Below are positions 36,601 to 48,222 of a DNA stretch of 64,000 bases, in pieces (within the stretch, counting starts at the first letter, position 1; each line of letters opens with the position of its first letter). Position numbers and translations under genes: made by a program. The DNA comes from Macrostomum lignano (taxonomy: Eukaryota). A model generated the notes under the pieces. That model saw only the letters and a list, made by a program, of their open reading frames with translations. It did not search any database and was not told where the DNA came from. The stretch lies in contig NIVC01001660.1 of the NCBI GenBank assembly GCA_002269645.1, positions 190,134-254,133 of the forward strand. The letters are read 5' to 3'.

Positions 36601-37896
36601 TGACTAAATGTGACAAGCTACGAGTAGTCGTTGTACCAATTAGACTAGACTCTATACTAACAAAATGGAACAATTCTTTTTGTACATCAACCGCCAAAAA
36701 AAGCTTTCGTGTATATCTCTAATTCTCTAATACCTCTAATTCACTAGTTAGAGTAGTATGCTCAGATAAAAACAATTCCTAGAAGTGCAACACAACAGCA
36801 ACGAGATTTAGATACGCTCCGTTCTTATAACTCAATTTTGAACTAAAACAAATGCCAGCCACTTACCGGCTTATTCCGATTTGTCTTTTGATTTTTTTGC
36901 GGGTTTACAGCGACCTGGAAAAGTAAATATATAGGTAGTTAACTTTGGCTCTAGTACTCTGATTCGGTGATGGTAACTCCTGGACTATAACTAATTAATA
37001 ATAATATAGTAATTAACTAAAAATTGCCTTACCACTGGCTATAATACGATTTCACGGAAGGCGTTACGCGAGGGTGCCCGCAACCCTTCTGCAATTATTA
37101 TTGTTATCATTATTATTATTAGTATTAATATTATTTTTATTGCTATTATTATTATTACTATTATTATTACTATTATTATGACTTTTTAGTGTGTTAACTT
37201 GTGTTAAGACATTGCATATTACTCTGATATGTTCTATTTATGTTATATTTTAATAGGTCAATCCCTATTCCTTTCTAGAATTTTCTAGAATGCTTCTTAA
37301 TTTCGTACAGCAATTGTCTGAATTCCCCTAAGTTAGTTGGTTAAGAGCAATACATGCATGTTGACGGCTTTTTTCGTGACCAATGAGGTCCGACCCCTCC
37401 CCCCCCCCGAAGGCACAGAGTGTACATGCCTGACGACTAGAAAGTCGATTAATTTGCTGCCGAAAAAAGCCGTCCACATTTTTATTGTTCCCTTCTGTCT
37501 ATGGTTGGGATAGCTCAATCTGTATAAAGTATTGCTCTTTTCTGTCTATAGTTGAATGCAAGACTTTCATTAAGCCAATGGATAAATATGCATTTATTTA
37601 ATTCTTTAAATAAAGAAATAAGTCTGGGAGCACTTATTTCGCGCATTTCCTTCCCTGATTTCCTTCCCCGTCAGCAGTGACAAAGCTGGCGGCGCTACTT
37701 TCCGAGTCAATCATTCTTGCTTATTAACGGCTTTTAAAACAAATACGCGAAATAGGTGCTCCCAGGATTAAATTGAATGGAACGAAACAGCATATTTGGC
37801 CATAGACATATCTCTAGTGTCGGCAGAATGAATTGGAATTCTCTATTGCGGATTAAATTAAGTGATTCTAGGACCAAATTGACAGGGAAATGCTAT

Positions 37897-37991
37897 AATC
37901 AGCGGTCCCAGTGCGTGACAACGATTGTCTGGCGAGCTCCGGTAGGCGCGAGCCATAGACAAATCGTTGTTACGTGCTGCGACCGCTGATT
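37897..37991. mobile_element. Small hairpin MITE-like element, about 95 bp
   Basis: AATCAGCGGTCCCAGTGCGTGACAACGATTGTCT pairs with AGACAAATCGTTGTTACGTGCTGCGACCGCTGATT. Confidence 0.55.
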
Positions 37992-39584
37992 CTTTGCATT
38001 GTTTTTTCTGTTTGACGATCCTACAGACAATGCATTGTTTGTAGTAATGGATTGTTCTGCATTAAAAATGTGAATATTGATCGTCAAATTGCTAAACAAT
38101 GTTATAAGCTTAAAGTCAAATGCAACGACCGGTTAATATTAACAACCAAACAATAAAACTGCTGCCTTTAGTTTAGTTTGCAAGAGTAAACTCTTTTTTA
38201 AAATCTACTTAGGTAAACAATTTTGCTAATAATTGAAAAACCCAACTTATTCTAATAACATGTGCGTACTGGGCATCTCTTATATTCATTACACACTCTG
38301 ATCTTTTCCACTTGCGATATGATATGCTGTAGTACAGGACTCAGTTGCAGATCACAGCTTGAGCAATTATTTATCAAACACCGCGCCCTCTGATTTTCTA
38401 CTATAACGTGTAACTGCTGTTTAAAACAAAAACTACAATAACAAGCCCAGAAGTCAATAATCTTTGCGATTATACAGCAAAACCAAATCCTCTTCCAAGT
38501 TAGAACTTTTTTTCCTACGTCAATAATGTTTTTAATATGTCTAACTTTGTTAAAATATAAACCATTGTATATTATAAATAATATAATAGATAAAACCAAA
38601 CAAAACAGTCAAATTTTCAAAAGTTTCACCTACCTTCTCTGCTGTTGGAAGCGAGTAGCAGAAAGCAGCGCAGCAGTGTTGAGCAGTACGCTTCAACAGT
38701 TTTTTAACCCGGTTTCAAAGCAGCGCATTTCTGCTCTCAACTCTATCCTATTTATACACAAATTGTGCCCGCACTTATCTCGCATCGCCTTTTTTGTATC
38801 CGCATCGGACCACTTTTTTATTCCATTGAAATTGAAGGGGCTGCAAATTCTAAACGGAAAATTCTCAGAAGATGCTCAGAAAATTCTCAAGTTCGCGCAA
38901 AATTTCCACTGTGCCCCCCTCTTTCTCTCATTGTCTCTGTCTGTAATGGTACTTTAATGGCAGGCTCATAAATGCTTATAAAAGTCCGACTCTTGCACTC
39001 AGGCACCCAGGTTCGACCTCAGGCCGCACGCGGCCACAATAATTTGTGGGCCTCGTGCACGAAATTCGTCCCGGGGCTTGTCGCACAATATCATTCCATG
39101 ATGGTCAACCCCCGAGGCACAGAGTGTGCACTACCCGACGATGGGAGAGTTAGGACCGCTGTACGCCCCGCTTGAATGCGTGCCTTAAATCCGTGTTCTC
39201 AAAGCTAGCGGAGTTGGCATTTTATTTTCCACCTCGCTAGCTGCGGGCCCCGGTAAGCTAACTGACACACAATGGTAAGGTTAGCAAGAAACAGCCCTGT
39301 TTTAAAGTGCTTTGCGAATTTTGTTTCTTTAAGCAACCAACTAGTTGCTCGCACAATTGAAGCTGCTGCCCCCCCCCTGGATAATACCAAAAAAGCCTGT
39401 TCAGTAGAGCTTCGGATCATCTTTGGGGCGAATTTAATAGGTCTTACGAGTTAGCAATGCATCTCTGGAGCCTATATCGCTCGTAAAAGTAATGTCCTGC
39501 GAGCTAGGCCCAAGAAAAAAAAATAATATAGCTGCTAGCATATCGCTGGACCGAGCGATAGAATTTGGTCGCACTATTGTGTAT

Positions 39585-39852
39585 TGTGGGCTGGCAGGAG
39601 TGGCTATTGTGCCATTGCTTCAGTGTAGACTCGCTCAGCTCTTTAAAAATGGGAGGGTTGGCGTTTTGGAAAAAATCGGTAAAAGACAGAGACAAAAAAA
39701 TTATTTAAACGTTTCTGTATTGTGTGGGCTGGCACGAGTGGCTATTGTGCCATTGCTTCAGTGTAGACTCACTCAGCTCTTTGAAAACTTGAATTTTGGC
39801 GTCTTGAAAAATATTCGGCAAGAAACAGAGACAAAAGAAATATTTAAACGTT
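39585..39852. repeat. Tandem duplication of about 135 bp, two diverged copies
   Basis: TGTGGGCTGGCA.GAGTGGCTATTGTGCCATTGCTTCAGTGTAGACTC at about 39585 and about 39723. Confidence 0.85.
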
Positions 39853-39959
39853 TTTATCTTTCGACGGCAGTCATGGCAGGCAACCCGGTGGAGCTCTATT
39901 TATCTTTCTAGTGCCAGCTGGCTAGAGCAGAATTTTTTGATGCGGATATAGCGAAAAAA

Positions 39960-42900
39960 ATATTTTAACAGTCTTTTTTAGCTATCTATAGGTGCCGAAA
40001 AAAATTCCGAGACATATCCTTGTGTCTAGCTAATTCTCTAGAAGACAAAATAATTAAGGGGAATTTGCACGTTTTGGCGTTGTGAGCTGAAAAATATTGT
40101 AGAAAATAATGAACTGTAATGAGGTAGACTCTAATGGATATTGCATTTGGCTTCAATAAGTATCGAGGAAGCAAAGCTCGTTTGTCCACACCGACATCTT
40201 ATGTGACTGGTTTTAGCGTGATGGCACAGCTAGTTAGCTGGTCCATACCTTTCGTTGCTTTTACATCAGTCGTGTGGATTAAAGACTCAATTGATGGCGG
40301 TGGCGTGAACGAGCCTTCAATGCTCCCTCTATGTGCGTTAGCTGCCATACAGAGCGACCTCGATAAAGATAAGCTAGTTTCCCCAGCCTGAAATTTTTTG
40401 CTACTTTTACATTCGTGAACTTATCCACTTGTTTGCCAAGTAAGTGAGGCAAGTGGCACCATTTTCAACCGAAAAGCTGAGTGTGGTAAGACGCACAAGT
40501 ACGAGTTGGATTGTGCTACGAGCTATTCTAGAGCTTCTAGGGATTCTTTCGTCTTAACTGTTAGAGTCAGTACAGAGATGAGCACTGTTGCATCCAAAAC
40601 CCTTAGCAGATAGAACACTTAGAGTGTACAAACGTACATTTGCTTTGATGAAAATCAAAGACAGTGTAAGATATGGCAAGAATTCTATAGAGAGCTTTAG
40701 CATCTCGGCTGTCATGGACCTTGGGGAGGGGTTGTTCATTTGCTCGTTGCTTGATGAGGGTGAGGGAGATAAGATGGCTGAAACGCCCACAATGACGCCA
40801 TCTCATCATCCAAACTGGAAAGAGAATTACTGGCTCGAATAAAAGAACTCTTTTCCATGCTGCAGATCTTTCGGCTTATTTCAAGGTACTAAAATGGGTG
40901 TCATTTGCTGTATACAGTATATATCTGATAGCTAGCTTCGTTTTTTTGCCAATTTGAAATCACTCTTAGTCTGAGCGGTTATTCGTCCAGTAACAAATTA
41001 GCAAAGTAAGTGAGCGACTGTTTTGTATACAAATTCTTTTATAAATTCACTCAGTACGAGCTGGCTGGCAAAACACCTGTATTCTGTGTTTTGACTTAAA
41101 TGTATCAAATTTTCAAACCAGTGATTATGCACTGCTACATAAGGCACCGTTTAGCTAGACCTCCTTGAACTGTATTTTAAAGAAGGCGTTAACTCAGAAC
41201 CCTTTGAAATGTATACGAGTAGGCAAGGCGCTAAAATATTTGTAAGAACACACAGGTATGCAAATTATTGCGCCAAGAGGATGGGTTCAGCCCCTTACAC
41301 TTAACGCCTAAGTGAACCGTTTTATTGTTTATCCCAAAATGGACGTTTTTGTACGCGTACTTGTATTTGACATATTCTAAACAGAACCTAGAGTGAACCA
41401 ACATATGCGCTGACGAGAGCACTAGACCACAATTATTGCCTTGTAACTTGAAACAATAGGTTAGGCTTGTAGCTTGCATCTTCGCTCGTTAAGTGCGAAT
41501 TGTTAGTCCTGCATAAATATGATTAATGCATATATAAAAAGGATGTACGAGCTACATGTAGTATTTAAGGCAGTCAAATTTCCGCCGTCTTTTTCTCAGC
41601 AGTCAAATTGCTCGGCGGTCATTTTGTCCGCAGTCATTTTGCTGGCAGTCAAATTGCTGCAGTCATATTGTCGGCAGTCATATTGCCGCAGTCATTTTGT
41701 CAGCAGTCATTTTGCTGGCAGTCATTTTGTCGGCAGTCAAATTGTCGGCAGTCAAATTGTGGCAGTCAATTGTCGTAGACCCGATTTTTTCGTTGCAGAA
41801 GCTCGAATGGATCGCACACCGTATCAAATGGCAGAGTGGGACGGTAAAATTCAACCTCCCCATTGTGTATACACTTGCGAGCAATTGAAAGCCTATATTA
41901 GTGTTGATGAAGAAACTAGTTCATTTTTGCACTTTTCCCTTCAAAGTTATGCACATCTTACTAATTTTTTGTTTTAATTAAAAAACCCAGGTTACAGCTT
42001 GCCTAAGTCTAACAGGGACGCACCACGAAGGGGGAGAGTTCTGAATCCAAGGACAGAAATGCGAGTAAGCGCCTTGGATAGACTCGCGGTTATCACTCAG
42101 CCGATTCGCGTCAAAAAAACAGTTTCGCTTGTATTTTCAGCCGTGAAGGCAGTTAACGCAGAGGCATTTTGTGGCAGCAGTTTGGCGATTAGACAACTAA
42201 CGTTGCACACAGGTACATGAAGAGCGGAGAGTAAGAAGCCGTCAGACAAAATTGACTAAGGGTGGGGGCTAGAGCTGATATAGCCTACGGCCCTCTGAGC
42301 GCAAAGCGAACTAAAGCCTGCACCTGCACTTTTCGTGCGAATGACGCTATTATTTACCCGGCTCAACAAGTTCGAGCGCTGCTTAGCAACATCCATGGCT
42401 GAGCCCTACGCCAGCTTGCCGCGGACCTTTTTACAACGCAGAAAACTTACTGTAACAAGAGCCATGCAGTAGTTTTCGGCGTTGTGAAATTTTGAGTTTG
42501 TGAAAATCCTTGCGCAAGTGCTCGCTCTCACCCTATCCTTCGCAAATTACAACCCTTATCTCTCCCCTGGGCCTATAGATTGCTGTGGTGCTGCGCCATA
42601 TCCTTTATCATTGCCGCCTATCTCCCCAGTGCAAGTGCGTCCGTGTTGAACCAACCCATACTACAATCTGTATATAAATAGGATACAATTTGAGAATAGA
42701 AATACGCTGCTTTAAAACCGGTTTGAAAACTGGTTAGTCTAGCGGACTGCACACTACCGACAGAGAAGGTAAGTGAAGGTAGTCTGACTATTTTTTGGAT
42801 ATTCTAATTTCGGAATGGCTTTGATCACTTTATGTCAGTTTATATTTAACAAATTCAGACTTGTCGAATAGTACTTCAGTACATGTATAATTCATGTAGG

Positions 42901-43450
42901 ACAAAAAGGAGTTCGAAGTTAATTAAAAAGTGGGAAGATAATTTGATTTTGCTGTGTAAGTGCAGAACTTTTTGACATGCCGGTAAAATCAGTCAAATAA
43001 GATGTCGGTGTGAACAAACGAGCTTTGCTTCGCCTTCCTCTATACGAGCTATAAGAAATAATTATTGAAGACAATTGCAGTATCCATCAGAGAGTCTATC
43101 TCATTGCAGTTCATTATTTTCTACAATATTTTCAGCTCACAACGCCAAAACGTGCATATGCTCCTGAATTCTTTCGTCTTCTTTAGAGTATAGCTAGACA
43201 CAAGGATATGTCTTGGAATTTTTTCTTGGTAATTATGGATACAAAAATATAGTTAAAATATTTTTTAGTTAAAATAAGTTTACCACCTAGTGAAGCTCAA
43301 AGTACTACTTTTATTCTTTATCCCAAACATGGACGTTTTTGTACTTATATTTGGCATATATTCTTGAACAGGACCTAGGGTGGACCAAAATATACGCTGA
43401 CGGGAACACTAAACCTCTTAATACCTTGTGACTTGAAACAACAGGTGAAG
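39960..43450. repeat. Dispersed repeat copies: 39960-40215 inverted relative to 42985-43260; 41320-41470 direct relative to 43310-43450
   Basis: GACATATCCTTGTGTCTAGCTA and AAAGCTCGTTTGT.CACACCGACATCTTAT occur in opposite orientation. TTTATCCCAAA..TGGACGTTTTTGTAC...CTTGAAACAA occurs twice in the same orientation. Confidence 0.75.
41569..41782. mobile_element. MITE-like element built of about 15-bp GCAGTCA(A/T)TTTGTCG subrepeats, ending TAGACCC
   Basis: Same terminal TAGACCC and subrepeat architecture as the 10970 element; no TSD or left terminus found. Confidence 0.5.
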
Positions 43451-44207
43451 GCTTCTACTGATGAAGTGTTGCAATTTTTACCGTTGCTAAGCATATATTG
43501 AGTAATATTTCATCCAAAGTCGTGCCAAAACGTGCTTTTGATCCATTGATCCAAACGTATGTGAAATTGAGCCATATAACTGGGTAAGACGCATTCTGCC
43601 TTTTAAGGAAACTAACCTTAAGTTTAATGCATTAATTGAAATACGTAACACACACTCTCATTGACTCGGAAATCCAACTGCTCTACAGCAACAAATTGTG
43701 CAGCCGGTTATTTACCCAATAAATATAATCGGCAAATTGCTTATCATCTTTGAATTGAATTGTTTACCACCAATCAAGAGTGGTAATGTACAAGACAGTG
43801 TTACTGTCGAAAGAAACCAGTCAAATTTCTTGTTGTCCTTTATTTGAATCCAAAATAAGAAAACGTTTAAAAACGATTTACTGCTCACTATAAATATCAG
43901 ACAAGATTGCTAGTAACCTTTGCATATTTAGCTATTATTATTATCGAGCATACTTGTAGCTTATAATCTAGAACAAGTTTGCTTTTAAACCTGCATTTTA
44001 TCCCACTGGTTTCTGCAGAAGCGCATCCCGATATTTATCGGTCTTGCCACATTACGAATCGGAGTGGCCCAGGCGGCCATCGAACACTGGAACACTGTGA
44101 TTCGTCGCTCGGTGACATGTGAGTACGATTGTAGTATTTTTTTCCTCATCAATAACCTCAACTGAAAAAGTAGAAGGCATGAGGGGGCTTCTGGGACAAA
44201 ATTTTTC

Positions 44208-44425
44208 ACGTCCTCCATAATCCCATTAAATCCATCCATATTATCCCTGACAGAATCAGAAAAAAGGGGGGTCGCACTCGCTCACAAAACGTCCTCCATA
44301 ATCCCATTAAATCCATCCATATTATCCCTGACAGAATCATGAAAAAGTGGAGGGGTCGCACTTGCTCCGAAAACTTCGAACATAATCGTATTAAATCCAT
44401 CCATATTATCCCTGACAGAATCAGT
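44208..44425. repeat. Three copies of an about 85-100-bp unit with core ATTAAATCCATCCATATTATCCCTGACAGAATCA
   Basis: Core repeated at about 44226, 44306 and 44390. Confidence 0.85.
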
Positions 44426-44450
44426 GCATAACAGATGTCCACTAACACCT

Positions 44451-47171
44451 CAAGGACCACTAGAAGTTACCGTTGTATCAGGACGCAACACTCGTAAATA
44501 TTGCAAATTTATTTGAAGGCCCGCTTGTTTGCATTGCAGCTGAACTTTAAATGCTCATAACTCCGGACTGGTTGCACTTAAAAAGATATTTTTTTTCGCC
44601 AGGTTGCTCAAAATTTTATTTTCTTTAACATGATGCAAAGTTTGGCGCTATATCTACATGTAGGAGCGGCGGGCGTACAGTAAAGTAACGGCAATACACA
44701 ATATTTCATTGCATACAGAATGAATAAAGTTTCAGTTACTTCAATCATTGCCTCCTAGTCTCGATAAAGTAGCAGACCATACTTTATATCCTCCAGTTTG
44801 GAAGCTTTATAAAGCAGATAATCTGTACAGAGTTGAGTAGGCTGCAAAGGCATTATATACACTTCACTATCAAAAACCAGTATAATCAAAATCAGGAAGG
44901 CATAATATTTCCGAAATCTTGGCACACCTGCCCAACAAGGACTCCAACATTCAAAATCTTTCTTTTGTTGTTGAAATGAACAGTAGGAGTCAAATAAAAC
45001 TTGTACAGTATCACAACTTTATTTTTATTCAAGTTCACATTCGATATAAGAATATCTAGTTTCAGAAAAATGCATGCGAAATTAGAAAACAAAGTTAAAA
45101 ACTAACAGTAAGCCAATGTATTTTAAACAATTGAACCTTCATATCAATCAACAATCAAGTCACATTGTCAAAAAGTCTCTTAAAATCACAAAACATAATT
45201 AATTACAGTACTTCACTATGGTAGCTCAGCAGACATTGATGGATGAACATCTAGATTGGATGACTCAGCACAACTGAAATGAAACCAATGTGGGATTAAT
45301 AAATACATGCTTTGCAATGAACAACAAAATAAAAGCCTTGTTTCTAGTTAATGAATATATTTTCTCTATAATCCAACATGTATGAAACAAAGTTTAGAAT
45401 ATCAAAATCATAGCTGGTTTAACTAACATGAAACTGACAAAATTAAGGTATATTGAATATAGATATAAAGGTGAATAGACAAGATATGAGAGATAAGAGA
45501 AGAGGAAGATGAGAGAGCAGAGAGGAAAGATGGAAAAGTAGAGAACAGAGGAAAGAGAAAAGACAAAGAGGAGAGGAAAGATAAGATAACAATGGAGAGA
45601 GAAGAGAGGAGAGGGAAAGAAGAGTAGAGAGCAGAGAATAGGCCTAGAAATAAGAGTTAAGATAAAAGAGGAGGGATAAGAGAGGAGAGAAGGGAGAGAT
45701 GGCAAGATGATTTAGATGAAATGAAAAAACAAGAGAGAGAAAAGAGAAGTCTCAAAGAACCAGAGGGATTAAGAGAGGAAAAACATTTTTTTGCATATTG
45801 AAGGTACTAACTAACATAAGAATGTCATGTAAGTAATGAATATATATATGCCTATATAATTAATTATAAATAGAACCCTATATCTAACAAAATTTTCAAC
45901 AAATTATCAAACCAATAGTGAAATATAGGAATAAAAATAAATAATAATAAATAATAATAATAATATATATAAAGATTAAAGATAGGCCCCTAACTGAAAG
46001 CCAAAAGGTTTTTTGCAAATAAATAATTCTGTATTATTTTAATACAAAGAATTGCAAGCAAACAGAAACTGCCAACTGGTAATAAAAGAAAACTAAAGAA
46101 AAAAGTTGCAGCAATATAACTTCTAAAAATAGGCCTAGGACTAGGTGCTATAAATATCCATATCTTTAAGATAGTATGTAGTACATTATAGTATTATTGT
46201 TAAAAGTAGAAAAAAGTATTTTAGTAAAAAATACATTCAGAAATTAAAAAAAAGCCAATATAATAAACTTTAGCCTTGTTGTTCCTAGGCCTATGTGAAA
46301 ACAACTTCAATAGGCCCTATGCTAAATTATATACTCAATACAAATTAAAGCATAGGTTAAGGGTTAACTATAGCAATATCTTATTGGTTGGATAGATTAA
46401 AAACAAATAGTAAACTATCATTTGACTTGTCTGACACTAACATGTCATTAGGCCTAAGCATGAGTAGGTCCTATATGAGATTAGTCTTCAAGTCTTCCAA
46501 TAATTGAATTTGGCATGATATATTAAATATATATAGGGAAATTATTGATTTGACAATTTTTACCTTAAAATAACTAGATCTAAGTTAACAAGCTAGGCCT
46601 ATTTTAAAACAATAATAGAATATAATAAATCATGGTAGGCCTAGGCATAGTAGCTATAGGCCTAGCTGTTGTTAGGCCTACGCCTACTAGCTTTAGTGTG
46701 ATAATGACAACTGCCATGACAGCAAAAAGCCAAAAGGCTAAGGTTAGGCCTATAAAGTTAGCATAATAATATACTTGTTAAACTACTTTTTTGTTGATAG
46801 TTAATTAGTTAGAAGCCCATCTGATCCTTTTCTCAAGCTTTGTCGAATTAGTAGTTCTAGCACTTAGCAGTATATGTCAACTGTCTGCATAAAACCTTGG
46901 CTTAGGAAATTCTAAAACGAGTTTCATATAGTGATATAATTACTTAAAATATCTAGATTTAACAGATTAAAGCCTAAATAAAGTATAAATACACCTATTT
47001 ATGGAGCTTCTGAGGCTCAAATGTAGTGCATGCTTCTTTAAAACAGTCAAGTAGAATACTTTTTTGAAGGCAAGTACCGATAAATACACGTAAACAAGCG
47101 GGCCTTCAAATAATTTTGCAATATTTACGAGTGTTGCGTCCTGATACAACGGTAACTTCTAGTGGTCCTTG
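44451..47171. mobile_element. Non-autonomous DNA transposon (P or hAT superfamily), 2721 bp
   Basis: 80-bp TIRs (44451-44530 and 47092-47171, one mismatch) start CAAGG. The 8-bp TSD TAACACCT is at 44443-44450 and 47172-47179. The AT-rich interior has no transposase ORF. Confidence 0.88.
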
Positions 47172-47367
47172 TAACACCTGTTATGTTCATTGACACCAAC
47201 ATCCACCCATAGCATCTTCGAAACAATCAGAAAACAATCTGCATTCTTATCCCCACATTCAATTCGCAACATGAAACCAGATCCCTAAGACTTTAAATCA
47301 TCAGCGCAGGGTCCTTACCCTTTGAAAAAATCTAAATTTTCTCTGAATCTTGATTGTCTTTTATATG

Positions 47368-48050
47368 TTTACGAAGCTTCGTAAATTGAATTTTTCTGTC
47401 GCTAAAGATATTCACTCTAAACTACTACTTCTATTAGCAGTGGGTTAAAAATATATTTTAGCATTTTATGCTTTTTCATTAAAGAGTTTACAAAGCTTCG
47501 TAAATTGAAATTTTCTTTCGCTTAAAATTTTCACTCTGAACTACTACTTCTATTAGCAGTGGGTTAAAAATATATTTTAGCATTTTATGCTTTTTCATTA
47601 AAGAGTTTACAAAGCTTCGTAAATTGAAATTTTCTTTCGCTTAAAATTTTCACTCTGAACTACTACTTCTATTAGCAGTGGGTTAAAAATATATTTTAGC
47701 ATCTTACGCTTTTTTCATTAAAGAGTTTACAATGCTCCATAAATTGAAATTTTCTGTCGCTTAAAATTTTCACTCTGAACTACTACTTCTACTAGTAGTA
47801 GGTTAAAAATATACTTTAGCATTTTATGCTTTTCACTCTGAACTACTACTTCTATTAGCAGTAGGTTAAATATATATTTTTGCATTTTCTGCTTTCTTAT
47901 TAAAGAGTTTACGAAGCTTCGTAAGTTGAAATTTTCTGTCGCTTAGAATTTTCACTCTGAACTACTACTTTTACTAGCATTAGGTTAAAAATATATTTTA
48001 GCATTTTCTGCTTTTTCATTAAAGAGTTTACGAAGCTTCGTCAATTGGCA
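47368..48050. repeat. About 120-bp AT-rich satellite, about 6 units
   Basis: TTAC(G/A)AAGCTTCGTAAATTGAA...CACTCTGAACTACTACTTCTATTAGCAGT recurs at about 120-bp spacing. Confidence 0.9.
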
Positions 48051-48222
48051 AAAAAACCGGAATATGTTGATTCAGTTATCATTTATTTTAATAAGCAGGC
48101 TTTGAAGTTAGAAGAGGCTTAAAAATTACAACCATAGTGTATTTAGATTAGCGACTTTAAGTCCATAATATCAATGCTAAGTTGTTCAAAAGAGCTCAGT
48201 CATCCATAGCTGCTTGACTAAT

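Noticed and set aside
38252-38599. Cys-rich ORF considered as a second LIM exon for VLIG-2
   Set aside because: It lacks the WH..C..C spacing and convincing splice sites.
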